From positions 1 through 20,565 of the forward strand of contig CAXXSM010000037.1 in assembly GCA_963663405.2 (NCBI GenBank): DNA of 20,565 nucleotides, written 5' to 3'. The DNA is from a bacterium. Its GTDB lineage: Bacteria > Hinthialibacterota > Hinthialibacteria > Hinthialibacterales > Hinthialibacteraceae. Shown piece after piece: positions 9,801 to 17,660 of the stretch; the stretch's first letter is position 1; each line of letters begins with the position of its first letter. Below the pieces are notes generated by a model, which was not told the origin of the DNA, made no database searches, and saw only the letters and a program-made list of their open reading frames with translations. The translations under genes were made by a program, and so were the position numbers.

Positions 9801-12800
9801 TGAGTTACAGTTTTCAAAACCGGAATCGGACCTTTTGATACAAGGTGAACTGAATTGTAACGGTACAGAAATTCATCCAATTGTCTTCACATCAACGAAA
9901 GTTAATCCATCTCCGGGAAGTTGGGGATCGCTTTGTTTCACACCTGAATCAACCGGAAAATTAAACTATTGTACAGTTGAATATGGAGGCTCAAATTATT
10001 ATTCATCGGGTGGGAAATCTCAAATATTATTAGACATAAATTCTACCGTGGATTTTTCTAATGTAACCACAAACTCAAGCAAGCATAGTGGTCTGATCAT
10101 AAACGCTTCAAATACGACAATCAGACAGTCCGTTATCCAAGATAATAACGGGTATGGGATTCAGATTTCCGACGTGGATGGAGTGACTGTCACACAATCA
10201 CAATTTACAAATAACGGCTCTGCGGTTTATGCGAACGGAAACGCTGGAGTTTTAATCAATAATTGTTTACTCACTGCAAATGGAACTGGATTGGAAACAG
10301 GGGGAGATCAAGCGGAGATTACGTTCGGCGAGAATCAGTTTTCTGAGAATGGACGAACTGGTTATGTAAATTTTAAAACAGCCGCTTCATCACTGTATGG
10401 AAATAGAATATCACAGGATCAAGATGGTCTTATCGTTTACAATGGCCAATTGTCTGTAGATGGATATCTACACCCCCTCATTGGTGGTTTTTATCAATTC
10501 ATTTATCCAGCAGTTGTAACAGAAGAAAGTTCCTTGAATGTGCGTCCAGACACATATATCGCATTTCAAGGGCCTCAAGCTGGATTCAATATATACGGTT
10601 ATTTAGGAATCAGTGGACAAGAGGATTTACCTATTCATATCGCTGCGTCTCCAACAGTAAACAATCCAACTCAATCCGCTCTTTTCCGTGGTATACATTT
10701 TTATGATCAGGGACATGGGAACATACGCAACGCGTTATTCCGGAATGCGGGCGCTCAAGGGGGAGGCGCGATAGAAACCAGTGAGCAGTCGAATGTTATT
10801 GTTGAAGGATGCCGTTTTGAATACAACTCGATCGCAGCAAAATCAAGCGGTGAGAGTGAATTGCAACTTGCCGCCTGCCAACTCAAAAACAATGGAATGG
10901 GACTTGAAAACACGCAGGAAAGCACTGGAACCGTAAGCATAGAATTGAGTCAAATTGTCACCAACCAGATAGGCGTTCAAAACAATTCCGCGCTAGTCGA
11001 TGTCAATGCGAGATATAATTGGTGGGGCGACGCTTCTGGTCCTTCGGGAATGGGACCTGGAACGGGGGATTCCGTTTCGGATCGAGTGCTCTATGATCCC
11101 TGGCTAACCGCAGCGGATCAGGCGTCAGATGCGCCTCTCGAAACTTATGATGCGCTGATTGATACATCCTACACAAACACGATCAGTCAGTATGGATGGA
11201 TTCTCTATCATCTCCAAGTGGAAGAAGATCGAAATTTACTTTGTAAACTGACTGGAGTGAGTCAGAACAGTGTATATCACCTTATTGGATCCTATGGCTC
11301 TCGTCCTACACTATCTACATTTTCAGAACGAATCATTGGTCCACAAATACGTGGCATTCATGAATTGTTGATTCCGGAAACAAAGGCAGGGGATTATTAC
11401 ATCCTTATTTTCGCCGAAACCATCCCAGATCAAGAGGAAACCTTCCAGATTCAGTTTGAGTATGTAGAACGATACATTCTTTCTATGAATCCGAAACAGG
11501 GAGGCAACAATGGCACAGTCACCATTGATTTAAAAGGCGCTAACTTACAACCAGGGATGTCTATTAAATTTATCGGACCGCAGAACAACATTTTATCACC
11601 AGATGAGATCTATTTTAAATCAACAAACCATGTTTTCTTTCAAATTACTGCAAGCAATGGATTACCGGGGGAATATGACTTGCATGTCACATGGCCCATT
11701 GATTTCACAGAGGAAGTGTTCCCTGCTTCATACCAGATGATACAAGGTATTGGCCCACGTTTAGAAGCGAAACTATCCATTCCTGATGTTATAAGGCCCG
11801 GTAGAAAATATGCATTGCACATTGAATATGAAAACACGGGTGACGCCGATTTAATTGCTCCGTTTTTAACGATCCGTGGATCGGAGAAAACAATGATTGG
11901 CCTATCCCCGGATCAAGACTTGGAATCGATTCCTCTTCAATTATTAGCGATCCCTTCGGAAGTCCCTTCTGGTGTGTTACCTCCTGGCAGTAAGGGCACA
12001 ATCCCAATCTATTTCCAACCTCCTTTTATGAATCAAATCGAGTTTCAACTGGATGTCTTGACAGATTTTGATGAAGAAATCAATTGGGACGAAATGTATC
12101 CAGCATACGCGGATTCAATACGTGAACGGATTGGTTCCACTTGGGGAGATTTTCATCGCGCGCTTGCCGCTGAAGCGACTGAATTATGGCGACAAGGTGT
12201 GTCTACATATGATATATCCATATTACGCAAAAGGCTGATGGATCGTATTTTATTGAAACCTTTCGGAGAAATTAGTGGGATCGTTGTCAACAATCAATAT
12301 GGGCATCCTCAATCAAACCTCACTGTATTGCTAACATCCGCTTCGGGGGAGGAGTATTCTGCAATATTTGAATCGATAACGGATACGGAAGGCCGTTTTC
12401 ATTTCAAGAATGCGCCTGCGGATACATATACTATCCAATGTGCAGGATACACAACGGTTACCCCTGAGCAGATCACTCTTCTCGAAAATGAAATCCTACA
12501 CGATTTAGTATTACAAGTTCCATACGGAGGTGTGATTGAAGGAACCGTTTTCCAAAGTACGAATCGCGCCCCAATAGAAAATGTCTATATCCAGTTACAA
12601 GGCCCAAATGAAACAAGCGACTCGACCGTGACAAATGAAAAAGGCGTCTACCGGTTTTCTTCATTAGAACCGGGACAGTATTCTGTGCAGGCTACAGCTA
12701 CAGCCTTTGCATCCATACGCCATGAAGGAATACAACTGTGGGCGGGTCAAGTCATAAGGGAAGTTGATTTCTTACTTAAAGAAGGCATCTCACTTTCCGG

Positions 12801-13671
12801 CGCAGTAAGAGACGCCATTACTGAAAATCGTATCCCCAATCCAATTGTTACAGCGAAAAACTCGGTTGGACTGCAATTTACAGCCCAAACAAGTGATGAT
12901 GGTTCATTTATTTTTTCTGACCTTGCAGAAGGAATCTATTCCTTACAGTGTTTTGCGCAAGGCTATCAAATGAAAGAGCAGAAAGAGATTCAATTAGAAT
13001 CATCTGATAGTACATCAATTGATTTCGTTCTCTCGCGCGCTGTCTCCACACAAGGGCAAGTTCTTTCTGAAAGCAGCAATGAATCAATAGCCGATGCGAC
13101 TGTTTCATTTTTTAATCTAATTTCCCATACTGGCAATTCAACCAGGACTGATTCAAATGGGAATTTTACAATTTCAGATCTCACACCAGGGCTCCATTAC
13201 ATATGGGTTGAAGCCCACGGATATTTGACAAGTTATAAGCTAGCTCAAATCGATGAGTCTACCCAAAATCAGTCCATACTTTTTTTAATGGAAAAAGGAA
13301 GCGCTCTTCAAGGTCATGTGTATGACGCGGATGGAAAGACCATTTCAGATTGTATCGTCTATGTTGAGAATGAAAATGGAGTCGACATTGCCTCCGTAAA
13401 AACGGTTGATGGCGCTTATCAATTGGATGCGATTCCACGGGGGAATATAAATATAATTGCTGTCCATGAGGATTTAACATTTCCCGTTCATTCTATGACT
13501 CTTGATTCGAATGAGGCGCAGTGGGATTTTATCGCGTCACAACATCGCTTAACAGGAAGCATCATCAATGGCAGTACCACACAAACAATGACGGAGACAA
13601 TTGTATCCGCTATACCAGTAATGTCCCAACGAGATCAGACGCCAGGGAATCGCCGTTTTAGCCGCGGATGA
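6868..13671 (+). CDS. Giant secreted protein, N-terminal part: right-handed parallel beta-helix repeats, PPC-like, IPT/TIG-like, CARDB-like and carboxypeptidase-regulatory-like domains
   Basis: Likely start is the in-frame GTG at 6868, 7 nt after AAAGGAG (6854-6860), followed by signal peptide MHSLRIAGCIFFLIIMNLNCLNVSSQ. Repeated 'GT...PIxFTS...WGG' beta-helix modules, the cap motif ARYNWWGDASGP...VLYDPWL, and G-x-V...TDxxGxY/F...L.PG.Y repeats. The reading frame breaks mid-domain at ~13645. Confidence 0.9.
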   Translation: MHSLRIAGCIFFLIIMNLNCLNVSSQPITVSGLIGTDTTWKSDQTIYVSGDIVVDENAILRIEPGCTIQLENTTYDIVVKGALLAQGTSNLPIVFEPHTDVSHWGGIRIESHGNAGQSILEYVSIKNAGSNYYSNTGASALFIDSASPVIQNCIIVNSNTNGIQLHNSTPWITNCSLEENSGNAIVMNVDSEPFWNGNTATDNQFNGIAILGGITTKSNVWRSANLPYLISGDVVVDSTFELTIESGNILQFKDSTIDLHIKGTLQSIGTEQSPIIFTSLGDSIEHSWGGLLFGPGANQSVMEHCQLRFGGSNYYSNSMNSIIRCQNAAPTFKRCRIENSHTYGMSLIQSNANLDSIHFEANSQSAVYMDVHSFPVLSNISAQENQYDMCMILSGTLSKSGRWDYVEIPYLIAEDITIPTDVTLTVDPGQEIFFQKSTADLNVKGTLIAQGTETQPILFTSLTDTSESSWGGILFSASSDQSILEHCQFRFGGSNYYSSSLDSIIRCENSAPTFTRCRIENSISYGMSLIQSNSNLNSIHFEANTQSAAYMDVHSFPVLTNISAQENKYDMWMILSGTLSKSGQWDYVEIPYLVAEDITVPTDITLTVNPGQEIFFLKSSANLTIGGTFLAQGTETQPVLFSSLTDTNESSWGGLLFSSGSDESVMEYCHFRFGGSYYYSTSNEACITCDNASPRFNNCYIYSSFNDGMNLFDSKATIERCIFEQCRSHAIRMDANSFPYFERNEAHQNKYNVITVRSGALSHSGRWDYADLDYNLEEDVTIAPGAHLSIDPGNTIRFQTSSTDLIVYGSLEAIGALNKEITFTSLNSQTPHAYGGIYLNSTIDSDRTRFEHCIIEYGGSAYYSSANQSMLFCDGCSPVIRNCIFQYSGYDSLWVANGSPVIENVDFRNSRRNAVLITNNSFPFFHNIRAGGNLYDSILIIGNEWSASGTWSAPGIPYRIESDVTILKEGRVAIAPNSELQFSKPESDLLIQGELNCNGTEIHPIVFTSTKVNPSPGSWGSLCFTPESTGKLNYCTVEYGGSNYYSSGGKSQILLDINSTVDFSNVTTNSSKHSGLIINASNTTIRQSVIQDNNGYGIQISDVDGVTVTQSQFTNNGSAVYANGNAGVLINNCLLTANGTGLETGGDQAEITFGENQFSENGRTGYVNFKTAASSLYGNRISQDQDGLIVYNGQLSVDGYLHPLIGGFYQFIYPAVVTEESSLNVRPDTYIAFQGPQAGFNIYGYLGISGQEDLPIHIAASPTVNNPTQSALFRGIHFYDQGHGNIRNALFRNAGAQGGGAIETSEQSNVIVEGCRFEYNSIAAKSSGESELQLAACQLKNNGMGLENTQESTGTVSIELSQIVTNQIGVQNNSALVDVNARYNWWGDASGPSGMGPGTGDSVSDRVLYDPWLTAADQASDAPLETYDALIDTSYTNTISQYGWILYHLQVEEDRNLLCKLTGVSQNSVYHLIGSYGSRPTLSTFSERIIGPQIRGIHELLIPETKAGDYYILIFAETIPDQEETFQIQFEYVERYILSMNPKQGGNNGTVTIDLKGANLQPGMSIKFIGPQNNILSPDEIYFKSTNHVFFQITASNGLPGEYDLHVTWPIDFTEEVFPASYQMIQGIGPRLEAKLSIPDVIRPGRKYALHIEYENTGDADLIAPFLTIRGSEKTMIGLSPDQDLESIPLQLLAIPSEVPSGVLPPGSKGTIPIYFQPPFMNQIEFQLDVLTDFDEEINWDEMYPAYADSIRERIGSTWGDFHRALAAEATELWRQGVSTYDISILRKRLMDRILLKPFGEISGIVVNNQYGHPQSNLTVLLTSASGEEYSAIFESITDTEGRFHFKNAPADTYTIQCAGYTTVTPEQITLLENEILHDLVLQVPYGGVIEGTVFQSTNRAPIENVYIQLQGPNETSDSTVTNEKGVYRFSSLEPGQYSVQATATAFASIRHEGIQLWAGQVIREVDFLLKEGISLSGAVRDAITENRIPNPIVTAKNSVGLQFTAQTSDDGSFIFSDLAEGIYSLQCFAQGYQMKEQKEIQLESSDSTSIDFVLSRAVSTQGQVLSESSNESIADATVSFFNLISHTGNSTRTDSNGNFTISDLTPGLHYIWVEAHGYLTSYKLAQIDESTQNQSILFLMEKGSALQGHVYDADGKTISDCIVYVENENGVDIASVKTVDGAYQLDAIPRGNINIIAVHEDLTFPVHSMTLDSNEAQWDFIASQHRLTGSIINGSTTQTMTETIVSAIPVMSQRDQTPGNRRFSRG
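6970..10200 (+). repeat. Six intragenic tandem repeats of ~546 bp (182 aa)
   Basis: The [AG]GS[NYA]YYS motif starts at 7249, 7795, 8341, 8887, 9439 and 9985 (spacing 546, 546, 546, 552, 546). Exact 20-bp blocks recur at offset 546 (8038/8584, 8074/8620, 8149/8695). Confidence 0.92.
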
Positions 13672-14330
13672 TGGGGCATATGAGATTCCAAGTCTATCAA
13701 CAAGGAGAATATTTGGTATCCGTTGAATCACTATCCTCATTCGGGCGGGAAATAAAAAGGATCCAAATCACAGATGAGGTCCAAACAGTTGATTTTACAC
13801 TTTTCGATGAAAAAATCATTCAAGGAGAAATCCGATCTCAACAAACAGGAGTACCTATCCCCGGCGCAATGATACGATTCAAGAGATCTTTGGACGATCC
13901 AGGTGCATGGTGTCGATCCAATGAGTTAGGCGTATTTCAATGTGAACGGCTTGCTGTGGGGACATATGAAGTACATGCGCAAGCTGATGGATATCCTTAC
14001 TTCATCTTACCAGATGTTGTTGTCACAAATGCAGAACCAATAGAACCACTCCTCCTCACACTACCAGAGACAGGGCCCGTTATGCTTGGCGCCATACTAG
14101 ATGACGTTTCATCCCTGCCTATACCCAATGCGGTTATACAATATGAATTACATGGCCATGATATAGGCCTATATGAAACCAGCGAGGATGGAACCTATCG
14201 CACAAATCCTCTCTCACCCGGCGCCTATACGATCACAATCCAGTTCGGGTATCATGTATTCAGAAAATCATTCACAATCCCTAATCAAATAGATAATATC
14301 AAACAGGATTGGCTGATTCATCTTTATCCA
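12260..14330 (+). repeat. Eight tandem carboxypeptidase-regulatory-like (transthyretin-like beta-sandwich) domains of ~85 aa
   Basis: Units begin GEISGIV, GVIEGTV, ISLSGAV, VSTQGQV, SALQGHV, HRLTGSI, KIIQGEI and PVMLGAI. Each has a later xxGxY/F...(L)xxGxY-type motif. The sixth unit spans the junction between the two ORFs. Confidence 0.8.
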
Positions 14331-16334
14331 ACACAAGCAACGTATGAAAACGAGATAAATCCAATAAGCGCTCTGCTTGAATCAGATTTTATAAATACAT
14401 TGATGGCAAAAAATGTTGTAACAAGATTCCCCGCTCTTCCACTTGATCCCGCTAACCAGATATATTTGCTTCCCCCTCCTAATCCCTATGCGTTTCCAAA
14501 AGATTGGGAAGATTTGAAAAGCACACATCCTGAATTGCAACGCAATCCTCGTGTTGAAGAAATGATGCGTCGAATGGGAGGACAAGACGAATGGTTTGCC
14601 AAGTTGCAGAGTATGGAAAATAATCCTTTTGCTCTTGATAATCCATGTAATCGACACTTTATAAATGCAACCTCCTTTTTAATCCGTTCGGAAGAAGCGT
14701 ATAAAAACGCCTGGAAAGCAAGTAACGCTAACTCACTAGCCTCTTTTGCCGGTTGGGGGGAAACTGTATCGGAGGCCTTAGTGCTGGCGGGCAAGATTGC
14801 CGACTTGAACCTAAAATACCTAAAAGTATTGAAAACCATTGGAGAAAAATCAAAACTAATTGAACAATTAGCAAAAGCCGATAATTTCAAAAAGAAAAAA
14901 GATGTTCTTGCGTTCATCAAAGACGCATACTCTTTATATAACACCGTCAGTAATTCTCGCGGCAAAGGATGGGAGGCGACCTTAAAAGTCTTGTGGTTTG
15001 AGCTAAAGCAAATTGTCAAATCCGATCATTTTAAAAGTGTGATGGAAAACCAAGGCGATTTGGGCTTGGTATTAGGGCCAATCGCGGATCCTTTTGTCGC
15101 TACATTAGATATCTTGTATCAACAATATAAAATCATCAAAGCGTATAACGATGTCACTGCCAATCTGAGACAAACGGAAAAGGCGGTAATCAATGCGTAC
15201 GGACAATACCAATTAAATGTACAGCGCGCGTGGTCCTCTTTCCAACTCACGCTGGATTGCGAGGAAGATCCAGAGGGAATTAACAATCCTCCATTACATC
15301 CTCTTGTCACTGAAGAGACTACAGTTGTCATGCCAAAAGATCCAAATGAAAAAATGGGACCGGGAGGAATGGAGGGAATCATTCAAGCGGATGATGTGAT
15401 TATATACACCATCTTTTTTGAAAATATGCCTGAGGCTTCCGCATCGGCCCAAGAAGTTCGTATTACGGATGATTTGAGTGATCTTTTCGATTGGGACACA
15501 ATTCAATTTCATGAACTCGCTTTTGGCGACCGCGTTATCTCGATCCCTGAAAAAAGCGCGAGTTTCGAAAAACGGATTACCTATAATGAGTATGCGTTGG
15601 ATCTATCCGCAAGTGTAAACCGCTTCACTGGACGCGTTCGCTGGACATTCGTATTAATTGATCCGGAGACAGGATCGATGCCGATTGATACATTGACTGG
15701 TTTTCTCCCTCCAAACAATCCCGAAATCGGAGATGGAGAAGGGCATGTGACATTTTCCATTCAACTGAAACCAGATTTACCTGCGGGCACGCAGATCAAG
15801 AACAGCGCCTCGATTGTGTTTGACGCCAATGCGCCAATTGAAACCAATGATACAATTCATACAATTGGTGATCCTGTTCCAGAACAACCAAGCCCAAGTT
15901 TCCCATCAAACCAATCTGTCTATCAAAGCAGTATCACTCTCGCAGCGTCATCCTATCATCACCCAATGAATGTTGAACATGCAGCGTCACAGTTTGAAAT
16001 ATACTCATTTACATACGATATATTAACTTGGGATAGTGGGATTGTTTCTGCAGTAACTCAATATCAAGTACCTGAGAATACTCTAGAAAATGATCAACTC
16101 TATCAATGGCGGGTACGATATCAAAGCGTAAATCAACAATGGAGTCGCTGGTCGGAGAAATCCTGGTTCCAAATAGATACAGGATTTTCACCGCAGGATT
16201 TAAATCAAGATGGAATCATTAACAATTATGACATTTTTTTACTACAGAATAATTGGCATCTCCAGGGTCTTGGTGACATCAATCAAGATGGAATTGTAGA
16301 CACAATTGACTTAATAAGATTTATCAATCAATAG
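13668..16334 (+). CDS. Giant secreted protein, C-terminal part: carboxypeptidase-regulatory-like repeats, helical insert, DPNEK (DUF7619-like) domain, FN3-like domain, dockerin-like tail
   Basis: 888-aa ORF with no signal peptide or clear SD. It starts mid-repeat (QGEYLVSVE). Contains PKDPNEKMGP...YTIFFEN...AQEVRITDDL...GFLPPN...GEGHVTFSI...ASIVFDANAPIETN and YQWRVRYQ...WSRWS. Probably the frameshifted continuation of 6868..13671. Confidence 0.88.
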   Translation: MMGHMRFQVYQQGEYLVSVESLSSFGREIKRIQITDEVQTVDFTLFDEKIIQGEIRSQQTGVPIPGAMIRFKRSLDDPGAWCRSNELGVFQCERLAVGTYEVHAQADGYPYFILPDVVVTNAEPIEPLLLTLPETGPVMLGAILDDVSSLPIPNAVIQYELHGHDIGLYETSEDGTYRTNPLSPGAYTITIQFGYHVFRKSFTIPNQIDNIKQDWLIHLYPTQATYENEINPISALLESDFINTLMAKNVVTRFPALPLDPANQIYLLPPPNPYAFPKDWEDLKSTHPELQRNPRVEEMMRRMGGQDEWFAKLQSMENNPFALDNPCNRHFINATSFLIRSEEAYKNAWKASNANSLASFAGWGETVSEALVLAGKIADLNLKYLKVLKTIGEKSKLIEQLAKADNFKKKKDVLAFIKDAYSLYNTVSNSRGKGWEATLKVLWFELKQIVKSDHFKSVMENQGDLGLVLGPIADPFVATLDILYQQYKIIKAYNDVTANLRQTEKAVINAYGQYQLNVQRAWSSFQLTLDCEEDPEGINNPPLHPLVTEETTVVMPKDPNEKMGPGGMEGIIQADDVIIYTIFFENMPEASASAQEVRITDDLSDLFDWDTIQFHELAFGDRVISIPEKSASFEKRITYNEYALDLSASVNRFTGRVRWTFVLIDPETGSMPIDTLTGFLPPNNPEIGDGEGHVTFSIQLKPDLPAGTQIKNSASIVFDANAPIETNDTIHTIGDPVPEQPSPSFPSNQSVYQSSITLAASSYHHPMNVEHAASQFEIYSFTYDILTWDSGIVSAVTQYQVPENTLENDQLYQWRVRYQSVNQQWSRWSEKSWFQIDTGFSPQDLNQDGIINNYDIFLLQNNWHLQGLGDINQDGIVDTIDLIRFINQ
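16197..16331 (+). other. Dockerin-like duplicated Ca-binding motif at the C-terminus
   Basis: DLNQDGIINNYD and DINQDGIVDTID lie 26 aa apart. The DNA block AATCAAGATGGAAT is repeated at 16203 and 16281. Confidence 0.75.
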
Positions 16335-16395
16335 AACACCGAGTTTTTCAAACAAAGAATCGAGTTTCAGTTCAGAAATCCGCAAACATACATTC

Positions 16396-17537
16396 TCAAC
16401 GTTTTGACGCATCATATTGGGCGCCAATTCCGTCGATTCGCTTCCATATCGGATTGGCGCCGGTTTCACTCAGGATCGAATAACGATGCGGCCGTCTGTA
16501 AGCGTTTCCCCAGATGGATTTTGCGCGGCGCTTTCGAATCGAGTCCATATCAAAAGCGGCGTAATAAACGCCTTCCTCCTCTCCTGCTTGAACAAGGCAG
16601 CGTCCGTCGGGATCAAACGCTGTGGAATGACCGTTTTGATACGGTTTAGGATAGTTGGTCATCGCCACTCCCATTTGGTTTTCACAAGCGCGAATGCGGA
16701 ATTGCTGAAGCCGGATATCATCCAAGCCGCAGCAGTTTGGAGTCAGCACAAGTTCCGCGCCTTTCAGCATGAGGATTCTCGCGCTTTCCGGTTGTTCCCG
16801 GTCGAAACAGATCATCGCGCCAACCATCACATTGCCTTTTGCCGTATCGAGTGGCGCGACGTAAAAATCGTCTCCCGGAATCATATTTCTTTCCAACGGT
16901 TTGAAATCGCTGGTATGCACTTTCGCGTATGTCAGCGCTTCATTTCCATAGCGGTCAAACAGGGTGACCGTGTTGCGCGGCATAGGTTGCCATTTTTGCT
17001 CGTATGTGACTGCGATGGCCATCTTCAATTCTTTGGCCAAGCGCGCAAAATGCTGCACCCACGGACCTTCCTTTGCAGCGGCGCGCTCCCAAAATCTTTC
17101 CCGCTCCCCTTCAATGGACGCGTCAAATCTCGTATAGCCGATATTCCACATCTCCCCCATCAACGCGATATCAGCGCCTTCCCGCGCCGCTTCCCGGCAA
17201 TAGCGTGACGCTTTCTTTAAGTTGGCTTCTTGATCATTGCCGAATGAAGAGAGTTGCAGTAACGCCACAATGACGTGTGGATCGTCTTTCGCGAAGCGGA
17301 GATTTGGATTGTCTTCTTTGTTAAGGCTGTTTTCATACACCTGAGGTTTGGAGTTATTCGAATTTGTGTCTTGCGCTATGATATCAATGGCGCCCGCATC
17401 CATACTGCTAATTCCCGAAACATTTTCAGCGGCAATGTCTTTTAATGGGGAAGAAGAGATCTCAGCTGCAATTAACGTTGAATACAGAACAGAAAAACGA
17501 TTAAAAAAAGACACATTATTTTTTTGTTAAATTTCAT
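16396..17537 (-). CDS. Carbon-nitrogen hydrolase (nitrilase superfamily), probably secreted; one frameshift in the signal-peptide region
   Basis: Glu-Lys-Cys triad motifs MGEMWNIGY, YAKVH and MICFDREQPE. ATG 17537 follows a GAGGTG SD and encodes MKFNKKIMCLFLIVF. It is out of frame with the ORF-track frame (GTG 17514) by one missing base. Confidence 0.88.
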
Positions 17538-17660
17538 TCACTCACCTCAGATTCTTAATATGTTTTCTATTCCAAAAAACAGCGCATAGGCTATTCAACT
17601 ATTCTTCACAGTTATAATGTGCGGCGCCTTACATTCGTTCTTTTTGAAACTTGTTTTGGT

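Noticed and set aside
7249-10000. Regularly spaced repeats considered as a CRISPR array or a DGR template/variable repeat pair
   Set aside because: The period is 546 bp and in frame within a CDS, the differences are not adenine-specific, and there is no cas or reverse transcriptase gene in the window.
13668-13671. ATGA overlap read as genuine translational coupling of two genes
   Set aside because: The break lies mid-domain, the third frame encodes the missing conserved repeat segment, and the downstream ORF lacks an export signal.
16335-16395. Possible bidirectional terminator between convergent genes (CGAGTTT occurs twice)
   Set aside because: It is a short direct repeat with no convincing GC-rich stem.
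16417-17208. 263-aa plus-strand ORF
   Set aside because: It is the antisense shadow of the GC-richer nitrilase-family gene and has no motifs of its own.
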